64,000 nt of DNA from an uncultured virus (IMG/VR IMGVR_UViG_3300042338_000192) (lineage: Duplodnaviria > Heunggongvirae > Uroviricota > Caudoviricetes). Within the stretch, counting starts at the first letter, position 1. Every line of letters starts with the position of its first letter. Below the pieces are notes generated by a model, which was not told the DNA's origin, ran no database searches, and saw nothing but the letters and a program-made list of their open reading frames with translations. Shown here piece by piece: positions 1 to 10,893 of this stretch. The translations under genes were made by a program, and so were the position numbers. The stretch lies in IMG/VR virus record IMGVR_UViG_3300042338_000192, positions 1 through 64,000 of that record. The stretch is one strand, 5' to 3'.

Positions 1-1269
1 AAATTAAGATACGCCGTAGTGTGTTGCGCGAGGGGTTGGGGTAAATCATATATGGCTGCTGTGTGTGCAGTTACAGCTGTATTTGAATTACTCGAGCTAG
101 CAGCTAAGGTGCCTAATAAGACAGTGTACATCATTGCTCCTACTTATGATCAAGTAAAGGATATTTATTTTCCTTTAATAGCATACGACTTGGGAATGGA
201 AGACTATTCTATCAAAATGTCCCGTGACTTAGGACGATTTTGGTTCGCTAATAATGTTGAATTAAGATTATTATCATATGAATCAGTAGAACGTATGCGT
301 GGCAAGGGTTCTTATTTTGTCGTATGGGATGAGATATCATCATGTACCAAAGGTCTTGGTGCTGAAGACGCATGGATGTCTGTAATACAGCCTACTATTG
401 CCACTAGATGGTCTAACAAAAGAGCATTAAGTTATGGTGCTAGAAGTCCTGGACGTTCATTAGTTATTAGTACACCCAAAGGATATAATTTCTTTCATAC
501 ACTATCTACATATCATGAATCAGACTCTGATTGGGGATTTTATCAGTATGATTATTTACAATCGCCATTCCTAGATCAACAAGAAATAGAAAAGATTAAA
601 GATAAGATTGACCCAGTAACATGGGCATCAGAATACTTAGCACAATTTGCTGAATCAGGCAACAGTGTATTCTACTGTTTTGATCGTAAGAAACATGTTG
701 ATGCTACATTAGAAGACCTTATGGAAGGTGAAGATGTTCATATATGTATTGACTTTAACGTCATGCGTCAGTGTTCTAGTGTCTTCACACTTAGAGGGCA
801 TCAAATGCAATTTATTGATGAGTTCCAAGGGCATCCTGATACAGAATCACTGGCTATTGCTATTAAAGAAAAATATAAAGGCCATAAGATATATGCATAT
901 CCAGATCCTTCTGGTCGTGCTAGAAAGACTTCTGCTCCAGTAGGCCGTACTGACTTTAGTATATTAGAGACATATGGCATTATATGTAGAGCACACAGGG
1001 CTGCACCACCTATTATTGATAGTGTAGCTGCTGTAAACCGTAAACTATTAACAGCTTCAGGTAAAATAGACCTGTATGTACATCCTAGATGTTCCGGTAC
1101 TATTTTATCCTTAGAAAGAACAAAATGGACAGACCGCAACTTAGATATCGCGACAATTGATAAGTCCGAAAATATAGAGCATTTTTCTGACGGTATTAGA
1201 TATGCCACAGAATATCTCTATCCAATACAAACGGGCGGGAAACGGGTTTCTCGTGGGTTTAATTTCTAA
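1..1269 (+). CDS. terL: Terminase large subunit (5' truncated by window edge)
   Basis: Frame open from base 1. Walker A ARGWGKS, IIAPTYDQ, Walker B FVVWDE, ISTPKG motif, nuclease motifs IDFN, DPSG and EHFSDGIRY. Confidence 0.95.
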   Translation, partial: KLRYAVVCCARGWGKSYMAAVCAVTAVFELLELAAKVPNKTVYIIAPTYDQVKDIYFPLIAYDLGMEDYSIKMSRDLGRFWFANNVELRLLSYESVERMRGKGSYFVVWDEISSCTKGLGAEDAWMSVIQPTIATRWSNKRALSYGARSPGRSLVISTPKGYNFFHTLSTYHESDSDWGFYQYDYLQSPFLDQQEIEKIKDKIDPVTWASEYLAQFAESGNSVFYCFDRKKHVDATLEDLMEGEDVHICIDFNVMRQCSSVFTLRGHQMQFIDEFQGHPDTESLAIAIKEKYKGHKIYAYPDPSGRARKTSAPVGRTDFSILETYGIICRAHRAAPPIIDSVAAVNRKLLTASGKIDLYVHPRCSGTILSLERTKWTDRNLDIATIDKSENIEHFSDGIRYATEYLYPIQTGGKRVSRGFNF

Positions 1270-1279
1270 AGGATTGAAA

Positions 1280-1639
1280 ATGGATACACAAGACTGGGTA
1301 AACATAGTCTTAGGTATTGTTAGTTTCATTGCTACCTTAGGTGTAGCAAAATTAAATGGAATACAAACGAGCCTAGCAGACTCTGAGAAGGAAGTTAATG
1401 CTTTAAAATTATTAATCGCAAATGACTACGTTAAGCGCAGTGATATGCAACTACAGCTTACTGAAATATCTAAAAAGCTAGACAAACTAGAAGACCTAGA
1501 GTTGCAAATGGCAGACCATTATGCAAAGAAACAGGACTTGAAAGATCTAGGCGAGTCTTTAGGGAGGAAACTGGATCAAGTACTCAGTAAGTTAGATAAC
1601 AAGGCAGATAGGTCGGAGTTAAGAAATGGCAAGGTCTAA
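1280..1639 (+). CDS. Membrane-anchored coiled-coil protein (possible holin/lysis accessory)
   Basis: Start refined to ATG 1280 (AAGGA upstream). N-terminal hydrophobic helix WVNIVLGIVSFIATLGVA followed by coiled coil. Confidence 0.55.
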   Translation: MDTQDWVNIVLGIVSFIATLGVAKLNGIQTSLADSEKEVNALKLLIANDYVKRSDMQLQLTEISKKLDKLEDLELQMADHYAKKQDLKDLGESLGRKLDQVLSKLDNKADRSELRNGKV

Positions 1640-2222
1640 GCTAACAGATTTAAAAGACGACATTATAGATGACGGTGGCAGTATATTATGGTCATTTATT
1701 AAAGGTGAGCAATTAGAATTTCCTATAACATTATCATTTATTGAAGACGCTACTATTGCAGGATATAAATGGGAAGCTGTTGTTGTTGAAGCCGCAAATG
1801 AAATAGATCAAACATCACCACCAACTACGATAAAGAATGGTGGACATCAAGCGAAATTGGTAGTAAGAGTTCCAACTAATGCAGGAACGTGGAGTGCTGT
1901 AGCTGCATATAACAGAGAAGATGTCGTTCTCTATAATGGCTTATACTATAGACTACTTTATGGTGCCGCAAGAATTAGTGCGCTATTACCTAATGTTGAT
2001 CCGTTATGGGAAGTAACGACACTCAATATTATTTATGTACAATTTCCATCGACCCTAGGCTATGCATGGACAATACAACCAACTACAACATTTTCTAGTT
2101 ATGGATTCTTTGAGCTTAGAGTAACAGAGCCTACAATGTCGCTCTTTACAAGAACATGGAAACCTGTTAGAGGAATGGTAGAAATCTTGTTTAGTCCTAC
2201 AGACTTAGTGGCGGATGTCTAG
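1626..2222 (+). CDS. Virion structural protein with one CBM5/12-like repeat
   Basis: Segment WSAVAAYNREDVVLYNGLYY...W resembles the repeats of the 1091-aa fibre; lies in the structural block. Confidence 0.55.
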   Translation: MARSKLTDLKDDIIDDGGSILWSFIKGEQLEFPITLSFIEDATIAGYKWEAVVVEAANEIDQTSPPTTIKNGGHQAKLVVRVPTNAGTWSAVAAYNREDVVLYNGLYYRLLYGAARISALLPNVDPLWEVTTLNIIYVQFPSTLGYAWTIQPTTTFSSYGFFELRVTEPTMSLFTRTWKPVRGMVEILFSPTDLVADV

Positions 2223-4164
2223 AATATTTGTCCCATATAATGTAGATTTACCCGTTAAAGCCGAAGTGATTGCTAGGGTTTCTTCCCCTACATTAATTGC
2301 TACACAAACACAGAAGACAGTAGCAGAGGGTAAAGTTAATTCAAAGATGGTTTATGGTGATGCTCCTAAAATCCCTGTAGTCTCTTCGGTAGCAACCACG
2401 CCTGTTATTGCAATAGAAACTTTTAAAGATATAACAATAGCTCAATATGATTTAGGCAAATCTTCATTAGTCGATATAAGAGCATTCACTGGTGCATTAG
2501 ATTACTTTAAAAGTTCAGACGTCGTATATGTCGCAGCAACCTTTAATAGAGTTTTACTTAATACATTATCTTATCAAGAATTTATTTCCAATGCAATAGG
2601 TAAAAAGCTTGTAGATAATGCTAATGTAAGTCAAGATAAGCTTAATATAGAAGTTGAGAAACGCTTAGCTGATAATTTTAAATACAATGACTCTGTTATA
2701 TTACGATTAACAATAATTAGATTCTTTGAAGATATATATCAAACTGCTGAAGAGGCTATACTATCGTTTAATAAAGGCTTAATAGACAGTACTATACCTT
2801 CAGACACTATAGACTTACTTGCTGAATTTAAACGTACAACTCTCGACTTTATTAGTAATAGCGAACTTGTTGTATTTAATACTGAAAAAGAATTACAAGA
2901 AATACCTACGGCTACTGATATCTTAGATAGAATAGTTGAATATTATCGTAGTATTGAAGATACGATGCGAGGTAGTGATGATATATTCGGATTAGCCGAC
3001 ATAGATGATGCGCAATATGCATCTATGTTTAAAGTCACAAATGAAACTCTATTTGTACCAGAGGTATTATCTTTTGATGTCACTACAAAATTAATAGCAA
3101 TATATAATGCTAATGATAGTGCGGCTATAACTTTAGATAAGTCCTTTAGTAATTCAATTAAAGAAAACGATATAAGCTACATTACGTTTGATCAAGTACA
3201 TAATTCTAATATCAATTCATTGGATCCTCGATATCTTAAAATAGGTAAGACTGTTAGTGAGTTATTGACACATAGTCATGAATTATATTTTTATTCGGTA
3301 AAGGGTGTTAATACTCTCTATAGAAGTATTGAAGAGGCTTCATTTGATTTAGTAAAACCGATTCAGAATAATAGTTTACTTACTGATATTATATCATTAA
3401 AGTTTGATGCTTTACGTTTATTTATTGAATCTATTAGTTCGAAAGAAAGAATAACACTATCTGTTACAAAGAGTATTGAAAATACTTTTAACTCTATAGA
3501 TTTAATAACTATTCAATTAACATTAAATAGATACTTATCCGAAGTGTTCAATACCTCTGAATTATTATTATTTAGTGTTGATAAAGGTTTAATTGATATT
3601 GCAAAGAGCACTGATAGTATTACTATACAAATGGGTGTCGTAAGGTTATTATACACAGCGTTTGTTTATTCAGATACAGTATCATTGTCACCAAATAAAG
3701 CTGTCATCTCGTCTTTATCTTATTCAGAAGAATCTTTTAGAACGATAAATAAATCAATTATTGATACATTATTAGTTAGTGATAACATACTAGGTAATGA
3801 TGATCCTTTACAATCAGAGAGTTTTACCGTAGAAAAAGATTTTCCTAAGTTACTTGACACATTCTCAGCCGAATTTAATAAAATACTTTCAAGTCTTTTT
3901 ACTTACTCAGACCAATTCTTACTCGGCTTCAATAAAGGTGTTCATGACACTTCTCAAACAGCTGATATAACAGCTAAAACTTTTTATAAAGTTATTGTCG
4001 ATACTATTTATTCTATAGACATATTTACTGGTACCATTAGTCCAGAAAGAACACCAACAGACACCGGTAAAATCTCTGATAAAGTTATCATAAATGTACA
4101 ATCTTATTTTGTGGATGGATATGTAGAGCCAGGATTTATCGGTATAGATTATAACACTTATTAA
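2215..4164 (+). CDS. Repetitive virion structural/fibre-like protein
   Basis: 649 aa with recurring ~19-23 aa units of the type F/V-x-K-x-L/I-x-D-x4-S-D/E; structural context. Confidence 0.55.
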   Translation: MSRIFVPYNVDLPVKAEVIARVSSPTLIATQTQKTVAEGKVNSKMVYGDAPKIPVVSSVATTPVIAIETFKDITIAQYDLGKSSLVDIRAFTGALDYFKSSDVVYVAATFNRVLLNTLSYQEFISNAIGKKLVDNANVSQDKLNIEVEKRLADNFKYNDSVILRLTIIRFFEDIYQTAEEAILSFNKGLIDSTIPSDTIDLLAEFKRTTLDFISNSELVVFNTEKELQEIPTATDILDRIVEYYRSIEDTMRGSDDIFGLADIDDAQYASMFKVTNETLFVPEVLSFDVTTKLIAIYNANDSAAITLDKSFSNSIKENDISYITFDQVHNSNINSLDPRYLKIGKTVSELLTHSHELYFYSVKGVNTLYRSIEEASFDLVKPIQNNSLLTDIISLKFDALRLFIESISSKERITLSVTKSIENTFNSIDLITIQLTLNRYLSEVFNTSELLLFSVDKGLIDIAKSTDSITIQMGVVRLLYTAFVYSDTVSLSPNKAVISSLSYSEESFRTINKSIIDTLLVSDNILGNDDPLQSESFTVEKDFPKLLDTFSAEFNKILSSLFTYSDQFLLGFNKGVHDTSQTADITAKTFYKVIVDTIYSIDIFTGTISPERTPTDTGKISDKVIINVQSYFVDGYVEPGFIGIDYNTY

Positions 4165-4173
4165 GGATTAAAA

Positions 4174-4641
4174 ATGTTAAAAGATAATTTGAAGCCAGCT
4201 GGTATTGTTAATTTGGTATTAACAGATGAATTTGGCAATATTAAACAACAAGAAGAAACCAATCTAGTAGTAAACACTGGTTTAGCCTATATCACATCAC
4301 GTATGCTTAATGCAGACACAGCTGTAGTTTCACATATGCAAGTCGGAACTGATGTTACACCAACCCCTGTAGCTGCAACAGATACTGTTTTGGTTAACCC
4401 ATTGACACCTCGTGTAGGTCTCAGTTCCGCCGCAGTAAGAGTGCAAACAACTGTTTTAAATGACTCAGTACAGTATGTAGCGTCTTTCCCTGCAGGCAGC
4501 TCAACAGGTGCTATCGGTGAAGCAGGCTTATTCAATGACTTGACAGCAGGCTCTATGATTGCTCGCACTAAATTCCCAGTAATCAATAAAGGCGCGTTAG
4601 ATACTTTAGCGATCACTTGGAAAATTACTGTAGCACCATAA
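4174..4641 (+). CDS. Tail-collar fibre attachment-like protein
   Basis: NLVVNTGLAYI...HMQVGT...AIGEAGLFN...FPVINKG..DTLAITW pattern typical of phage tail-collar fibre N-terminal domains. Confidence 0.6.
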   Translation: MLKDNLKPAGIVNLVLTDEFGNIKQQEETNLVVNTGLAYITSRMLNADTAVVSHMQVGTDVTPTPVAATDTVLVNPLTPRVGLSSAAVRVQTTVLNDSVQYVASFPAGSSTGAIGEAGLFNDLTAGSMIARTKFPVINKGALDTLAITWKITVAP

Positions 4642-4642
4642 A

Positions 4643-4810
4643 ATGACTACGGTAGATATAACTACACGCGCGAGTCAAGAAGAACCTTTGACTATTGTAC
4701 AAATGGACACAAACTTAACTAATTTAAAAGCAGGTATAGAGGAACTCTCTGATTTGCTTCCACAGATTAGTACAGATGCTGCAATTGCAATGGCAATCGC
4801 ATTGGGGTAA
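4643..4810 (+). CDS. Small structural protein, 55 aa (not in ORF track)
   Basis: MTTVDITTRASQEEPLTIVQMDTNLTNLK...AAIAMAIALG. Fills the gap between neighbouring genes; both terminal motifs are typical of aquatic phage fibre proteins. Confidence 0.7.
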   Translation: MTTVDITTRASQEEPLTIVQMDTNLTNLKAGIEELSDLLPQISTDAAIAMAIALG

Positions 4811-4812
4811 TT

Positions 4813-5127
4813 ATGGCTCAAAATTTTAAAAGAGTCAGTGCATCTAGTATCGGGACTGCCGCTACAACCATATATACTGCTACTTCTTCTGTAATATTGA
4901 TCGGCTGTAATATCTCAAATCTTACCAATTTCGACTTACCGATAAGTATTTGGATAACAAATTCTACTGATACTTATCTTCTAAAGAATTATAGATTAAA
5001 AGGTAATGACAGCAAAGAAGTCGTACAAGGTAAGATTGTGTTAGAGTCTGGAGACATAGTTAAAGCTATTAGCTCACTGGCTAACTCCATTGACGTACGT
5101 CTTGCTATGTTAACAGGAGTCGCATAA
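4813..5127 (+). CDS. Small virion structural protein
   Basis: MAQNFK... beta-rich protein ending KIVLESGD.VKA; this type commonly follows genes ending in AIALG in aquatic phages. Confidence 0.6.
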   Translation: MAQNFKRVSASSIGTAATTIYTATSSVILIGCNISNLTNFDLPISIWITNSTDTYLLKNYRLKGNDSKEVVQGKIVLESGDIVKAISSLANSIDVRLAMLTGVA

Positions 5128-5339
5128 TGTTTAATCACGTAGACGAAACATTTTATGGTTTTAGGGTAGAATCAAAAACTAGTTCATTGACTGTAGAAGT
5201 TATCTCAGGGGAATCTCCTGTCGTATTACCTCAAGAAGGTTTTATCGATAGTGAAGATTACAAACAATGGCTATGGTCTAGAAATGCTCACCAGTTTGAC
5301 TGGAGCGCTACAGGCCATTTAAGGGTAAAAGTAGTATGA
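5127..5339 (+). CDS. Hypothetical protein
   Basis: 70 aa, overlaps both neighbours, AGGAG upstream. Confidence 0.6.
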   Translation: MFNHVDETFYGFRVESKTSSLTVEVISGESPVVLPQEGFIDSEDYKQWLWSRNAHQFDWSATGHLRVKVV

Positions 5340-8300
5340 CACAATATATAGATTTAGGAAAACTACGATTTCATTTTGCAGGCGACTGGGCAAATACCAC
5401 GGCTTACGAAACAAATGATGTCGTTAAATATGGTGGTAATGTGTATGTTTATACTCACGCATTGAAAACTGCAGGAAGTCTCCCAACAAATACCGCATAT
5501 TGGGCGTTAATGGTTGAAGGCTTTAAATTTAAAGGTGTATTTAGTACATCTGTCGCTTATAGAATAGGTGACGGTGTCGCGCACGGTGGTAAGATTTATG
5601 TAGCCGTTTTAGATAGCACAGGCTCAACACCTCCAAATACCACTTATTGGTCGCAGTTTGTCGATGGCATTCAATACGAAGGTGAGTACAGTTCTGTAAC
5701 ATCATATCAAAAGAATGACGTTGTAACTTACGGCGGTTCTATTTATATTGCTAAGCAAGATACCACAAACAATAATCCAGTAGCAACGGCATATTGGGAT
5801 AAGTTTGTAGAAGGTATTTCGCCATCTGGAATTTATAACGCTGCTACTGCTTATGCGCCTGGAGATTTAATTGCGTATGGCCCTAACTTATACAGAGCTA
5901 CTGCTAATACAACAGGTAATCTCCCCACTAATCAAACTTATTGGGAGTTATTCATTCAGGGGACTAGTTACCAGGGTATCTTTAATACTGTCACTACATA
6001 CTACGTAAATGATCTAGTATCCCATGGCGGTAATTTGTATCGCTCAAAAGTAACACAATCCAATGCAACACCTCCAGGGGTATCGTGGGATATTATTTCA
6101 CAAGGTTTCTCATTCCAAGGTGTATGGTCTTCAGCAACAGCTTATAAGATTGGCCAGACAGTAAGTTATGGCGGTTCACTTTTCCAAGTCAAGGTAGATA
6201 ACACTAATGTTAATCCTACCGATATTTCGAAGTGGGATAAGCTATTATCTGGCTTTAGAAATAAAGGAACTTGGACAACAGCGACAGCCTATGCTGTAGA
6301 TGATGTAGTTGGGCATGGTGGTAATACATATCTGTGTTTAACTCCGCATGCATCAGCAGTATTTGATACTGACTTATCAGCGAGTAAATGGCAAAAGTTT
6401 AATAGCGGTGTTGCGTGGCGCGGCGTGTGGAGTGCTAGCCAACTTTACCTAAAAGATGATTTAGTCAAAGACGCAGTAGGCTCGGTTTACATAGCTACTT
6501 CAGACCATACTTCTTCAGCTAGTATGAGTTCTGACAAGACAGCTGGCAAATGGTCTATATTTGTAGTTGGCGGCAGCGACGTATTACCAGCAGTTCCTTT
6601 AGCTCCTAATGGTAAATCTCTTACATTTAACAACAATGGTTCAGCATTAGATTGGATTGGCGCAACAGCATCAGCTAATATTATTTATGTAGCACCACAC
6701 GGTTCAGACAGCGTAAATAATGGTCAAAATTTAGCCACACCATACGCATCTATTAAATACGCGTGTCAGAATGCAGCTGTTGGAGCTACTATTTTTGTTA
6801 AAACAGGTACATATTCTGAACAATTGCCAATTACTGTACCCGAGCATGTAGCTATTGTTGGTGATAGCCAGCGTACAGTCATTGTACAACCTAAAGCAGG
6901 TAATGATGATTCAGGTTCAATACCTAATGCACAATCAACAATGTTCTACCTTAGCAACGGTTCTATCTTAAATAAGATGACCTTCAAAGGAATGACGGGC
7001 TGGGTTCCAGGTACTACAGCAGCAGATGTCACTACATCTACAATTAAAGGCGTAGTGGTTCGTTTCAATCCTGCATCTCCTATTCTTACAAAATCACCTT
7101 ATGTATTAGAATGCGCTGCTATTTGTAGTGGAGCTATTGGTGCGTTAATTGACGGCACTATTCATGCTTCTGGCGCTAAAACAATGATTTTCCATGGCTA
7201 CACTGTTATATCTGACAACGGTGTGGGATATTGGGTTAAGGATGGCGGTAAGGCTGAAATTGTCTCTTGTTTTACATATTACTGTTACTTTGGTTATACA
7301 GCTTCCGGTGGCGGATTTATTCGTGCCTTAAATGGTAATAATAGTTATGGAACGTGGGGCGCAACATCTCGTGGTTATAACACAAATGAATCAGCATTAA
7401 CAGGTGCTTTAGTAGGACAGCAATTAAATTTCCTTTATGGTGGTGGTACAATTAACGTAAACGACACAGTAACAGGCCCAACAGGAACAGGCGTTGTAAC
7501 AAATGTCCAATACTCTGCTAATAAGCTATACGTTAAAAATACCACAGGTACGTTTACATCTGGTCAAGCTTTGACGTTTACAAGCGGTGGCACTGGTACG
7601 GTTTCAAACGGTGCATTGGAAAACCAAAAAGGCTTTGTATTAATTGTCACAGGCCTAGCATCTAGCCCTAAACCAGGTTCTAGTATTTCTATAAATGGTG
7701 ATACCTACGCGTATGTAATCCAAAGCGTATCAGGTACATATGTAGATAATACTAGTACATTAGTCTTAGTATTGGCTCAGGAAAAGCCTACGGGTTCTGC
7801 AGCAGGATCTGCTGTCACTATTCGTACTATGTACAGTCAAATTCGTTTAACTGGTCATGACTTTTTAAGTATTGGAACAGGTGGTGTAACAACTACTAAT
7901 TATCCTAACACACCTACACAAGCGGCAGCGCAGGGTAATGAAACAGACGAAGCATACCCTGGTCGTGTATTTTATGTAAGTACCGATCAAGATGGTAATT
8001 TCAGAGTAGGTGAATATTTTAGAATTGATCAGGCAACAGGAAGGGCTACTTTGAATGCTAATGCATTCGATTTGGCCGGTTTGACATCACTAAAATTAGG
8101 TTCTATTGGTGCGCAATTAGGTGAAACAATTAATGAATTTTCAAGTGACGCAACATTATCTGGCAATTCTAATACAGCTGTACCAACAGAGTATGCCGTT
8201 AAAACATACGCAGATAATGCATTAGTTTCAAGAGTTCCTCAAACTGTTCCAACTGCTGTTGGTAATACCGCTAAGTTTTTACAAAGCCAAGGGACTTCCT

Positions 8301-8611
8301 TAGTTTGGGCAACTGTATCTGTTACGCCAGAATGGTCTGTAAAATCTGCGAACTATACAGCTGTGGCAAGTGATAATTTATTTTGTGATACCAGCATAGG
8401 TGCTTTTACTATTACATTACCTTCAAGTGCTGTATTAAACGATACAATTCGAATTGTCGATGTGGGTAGCGCTTTTTCACGGTATAATTTAACAGTAGCG
8501 AATAATGGCTTGAAAATTGAGGGAATGCTTGACAACCTTGTGTGTGATATTGCAAACACCTCGATAAGTTTAACATACTCAGGCAGCACCTACGGTTGGT
8601 GTATTGTTTAA
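5336..8611 (+). CDS. Fibre/spike protein: 8 CBM5/12-like repeats, beta-helix-like centre, T4 gp9/gp10-like C-terminal domain
   Basis: Eight ~49-aa repeats (W..ttaY..nDvV.yGg..Y...W). IYVAPHGSD..NG...PYASIKYA..TIFVKTGTY..VAIVGD beta-helix start. C-terminal DTSIGAFTITLP..DTIRIVD..NLTV..YGW. Confidence 0.8.
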   Translation: MTQYIDLGKLRFHFAGDWANTTAYETNDVVKYGGNVYVYTHALKTAGSLPTNTAYWALMVEGFKFKGVFSTSVAYRIGDGVAHGGKIYVAVLDSTGSTPPNTTYWSQFVDGIQYEGEYSSVTSYQKNDVVTYGGSIYIAKQDTTNNNPVATAYWDKFVEGISPSGIYNAATAYAPGDLIAYGPNLYRATANTTGNLPTNQTYWELFIQGTSYQGIFNTVTTYYVNDLVSHGGNLYRSKVTQSNATPPGVSWDIISQGFSFQGVWSSATAYKIGQTVSYGGSLFQVKVDNTNVNPTDISKWDKLLSGFRNKGTWTTATAYAVDDVVGHGGNTYLCLTPHASAVFDTDLSASKWQKFNSGVAWRGVWSASQLYLKDDLVKDAVGSVYIATSDHTSSASMSSDKTAGKWSIFVVGGSDVLPAVPLAPNGKSLTFNNNGSALDWIGATASANIIYVAPHGSDSVNNGQNLATPYASIKYACQNAAVGATIFVKTGTYSEQLPITVPEHVAIVGDSQRTVIVQPKAGNDDSGSIPNAQSTMFYLSNGSILNKMTFKGMTGWVPGTTAADVTTSTIKGVVVRFNPASPILTKSPYVLECAAICSGAIGALIDGTIHASGAKTMIFHGYTVISDNGVGYWVKDGGKAEIVSCFTYYCYFGYTASGGGFIRALNGNNSYGTWGATSRGYNTNESALTGALVGQQLNFLYGGGTINVNDTVTGPTGTGVVTNVQYSANKLYVKNTTGTFTSGQALTFTSGGTGTVSNGALENQKGFVLIVTGLASSPKPGSSISINGDTYAYVIQSVSGTYVDNTSTLVLVLAQEKPTGSAAGSAVTIRTMYSQIRLTGHDFLSIGTGGVTTTNYPNTPTQAAAQGNETDEAYPGRVFYVSTDQDGNFRVGEYFRIDQATGRATLNANAFDLAGLTSLKLGSIGAQLGETINEFSSDATLSGNSNTAVPTEYAVKTYADNALVSRVPQTVPTAVGNTAKFLQSQGTSLVWATVSVTPEWSVKSANYTAVASDNLFCDTSIGAFTITLPSSAVLNDTIRIVDVGSAFSRYNLTVANNGLKIEGMLDNLVCDIANTSISLTYSGSTYGWCIV

Positions 8612-8632
8612 TAACACAACAGGAATTTAATA

Positions 8633-10057
8633 ATGGCTTTTCTTTCTCAAATAACAACAGGCACGCAAAATACTATTGGTGCCTATAATCCAATGTCCGC
8701 GCAAGCAATGCCCAGGGCATCGTATGTAATTGCTTCACATAATACCTCAAGTACCTTTTATGGCGCTATATTTTTAGACGCAGAATTTCGTAGAATTGGA
8801 AGACCTGGAAATCAGTTTGCCAATACGTATGCAAATGGTTTTACAAATGACATGGATCAAACAGACGGTTCATATGTTACTCCGAGTGGTCAGATGTTTA
8901 ACAACAGTCTAAGTCCGAATACGCAAACGTCTATGTCAAGCTCTGGCTACTCACTTCCGATGTGCGGTACTGCGTCAATGGGCGAATATGGACAAGGCGC
9001 ATTTATGGGCTCTGAACGCGGAATTATTATGAGCTCTAATATGCGGTTTCTATCTAGTACGGGTACAGCGCCCATTAGAGCTAACCGCGCGTTTGTAAAT
9101 AGCGATCATGCAAATAAAAAGTTAACCATGCAATTTTCAGGTGGATACTTAACAGTTTGCCCGATCCAAACTCCGATTTGTTATACAATAGCTTCTACAG
9201 ATCCTTTTCCACGTCCTAAGTTTAATGCGCAATCGCTCTTTAATACGTATGATTCAGGTAGCCAAACAACTAGCATGTATGGTTCTGCGTCGTATAATGC
9301 AGTGCGTAAGGAACTTATGATTGCAACAACTAGCAATACTGCCGCAGGCCGTGTGAATATTGCAATATGGAAGAATTTCGATTTTGATGCAGTTAGGGGA
9401 GATGTTGCAACACTATCCGCAGCGCCTACTGTTTTGTTGAATACAACTTTAGCCTCTTTTATTGACTCCTCCGAAGCTCGTTTTAATTCTAAATGGACAT
9501 TAGTTGATGATGGTAGTATATTTGTTTCAACAATGAATGAAGGAAGTAACAGTACTTATTTATGGAAGATTACAAGAGCTGCGCTTGACGCAAGTTTAAG
9601 CAATACTCAGGTAGGCACTCAGAGTACGACAACAGCGTATGGTCTTGCCAACGGCGAGTCTTATGGTCAACGTCAGATGCAAACTCGTTCAGGAAATATG
9701 ACTTGTAGTTGGGTGCCATATTATTATTACCAATGCGGTATTAGAAGCTGGGTAATTGATAAGCGTAATAGTTCGTGGACTTACGGGTATAGTGACAACA
9801 ACAGCACTTGTGGAACATACCCTATGAAATACAGAGATAATGGCTTTGTATTTGCGTTTACATCTAACTATTACGCAGGCAATTGGACTGGGATGTATAA
9901 TGCAGGAACTTGTTTTCCAAGTCTTACTGTAAATGCAGCGCCTATTGTGTATAATATGGCGTGGTATTATCCTTCTGCGCCAGGCCCTAATACAACTAAC
10001 TATCCCGGTATAAGTCATGTATGGGAATTTGACTTACAATCTCAATTACCTTATTAA
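8633..10057 (+). CDS. Putative receptor-binding/virion protein
   Basis: 474 aa rich in S/T/N/G/Y with higher GC, immediately after the fibre gene. Confidence 0.5.
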   Translation: MAFLSQITTGTQNTIGAYNPMSAQAMPRASYVIASHNTSSTFYGAIFLDAEFRRIGRPGNQFANTYANGFTNDMDQTDGSYVTPSGQMFNNSLSPNTQTSMSSSGYSLPMCGTASMGEYGQGAFMGSERGIIMSSNMRFLSSTGTAPIRANRAFVNSDHANKKLTMQFSGGYLTVCPIQTPICYTIASTDPFPRPKFNAQSLFNTYDSGSQTTSMYGSASYNAVRKELMIATTSNTAAGRVNIAIWKNFDFDAVRGDVATLSAAPTVLLNTTLASFIDSSEARFNSKWTLVDDGSIFVSTMNEGSNSTYLWKITRAALDASLSNTQVGTQSTTTAYGLANGESYGQRQMQTRSGNMTCSWVPYYYYQCGIRSWVIDKRNSSWTYGYSDNNSTCGTYPMKYRDNGFVFAFTSNYYAGNWTGMYNAGTCFPSLTVNAAPIVYNMAWYYPSAPGPNTTNYPGISHVWEFDLQSQLPY

Positions 10058-10066
10058 GAGGCTAAA

Positions 10067-10321
10067 ATGGTAAATAAATTAAAATTTAATCTCCTTGGTG
10101 ATTTGGAAAATAACCCAAGATTGCTTGAAGTAGTAGATGGTGAATACGAAGCACCTACAGAAGGGCAGTTACCTCATAGGTTTAAATATGATGTTACAAC
10201 TGACTCTATTTTAGATGTTTACGGTGATATCTCTGACTTTGAAGTTAGACAAAAAGATCATGAAGCCGCAATTGCTTTGGCAACTGAGCTAGGTATGCCC
10301 TTACCACCTCCATTGGTATGA
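10067..10321 (+). CDS. Hypothetical protein (possible fibre chaperone)
   Basis: 84 aa, acidic, GAGG RBS, follows the fibre genes. Confidence 0.5.
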   Translation: MVNKLKFNLLGDLENNPRLLEVVDGEYEAPTEGQLPHRFKYDVTTDSILDVYGDISDFEVRQKDHEAAIALATELGMPLPPPLV

Positions 10322-10854
10322 GCCTACGGGAGCTAACCCACGATAAACATAGTGAGGCGGAAAATCACCGCTTCACTAAATTATTGTTAAGTGGAACAAT
10401 ACCAAAAGAAATATATGCAGACTATCTATATTCACAATTCAGATGCTATGCTATTCTAGAAGAAAGAGCCAGGTCTCTCGGATTACTTGATAACCTTGAA
10501 GCGATAGAACGTTCCATTAAAATATTTCAAGACTTTGATGAATTAGATTATGATGCACTCAATTACGATTCTGTTGAAAAGTACTCACAACATATACTAG
10601 CACTAGATAAGGAGCAACTCTTAGCTCATATTTATGTTAGACATTTCGGAGATATGTATGGTGGCCAAATGATTAAAAAGGTCATTCCAGGCTCCGGTAA
10701 AATGTATGAATTCGAAGATAGACAAGGATTAATCGATAAGATCAGACCTTTGCTATCAGATGACTTAGCTAATGAAGCTAATAAATGTTTTGATTTCGTA
10801 TTAAAATTATTTGACGAGATTTCAGATGAGCACGATATACAAAAAGTTCAATGA
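10318..10854 (+). CDS. ho1: Heme oxygenase (phage Ho1/HemO)
   Basis: SLRELTHDKHSEAE (proximal His), LAHIYVRHFGDMYGGQMI signature, EANKCF. Confidence 0.93.
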   Translation: MSLRELTHDKHSEAENHRFTKLLLSGTIPKEIYADYLYSQFRCYAILEERARSLGLLDNLEAIERSIKIFQDFDELDYDALNYDSVEKYSQHILALDKEQLLAHIYVRHFGDMYGGQMIKKVIPGSGKMYEFEDRQGLIDKIRPLLSDDLANEANKCFDFVLKLFDEISDEHDIQKVQ

Positions 10855-10893
10855 GTTAATAGATTATTTATATGACCTTGCACAGCACACTGT

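Noticed and set aside
2251..2259. Partial motif A (CCCGTTAAA)
   Set aside because: Only the first 9 nt match and it lies inside a CDS; probably chance.
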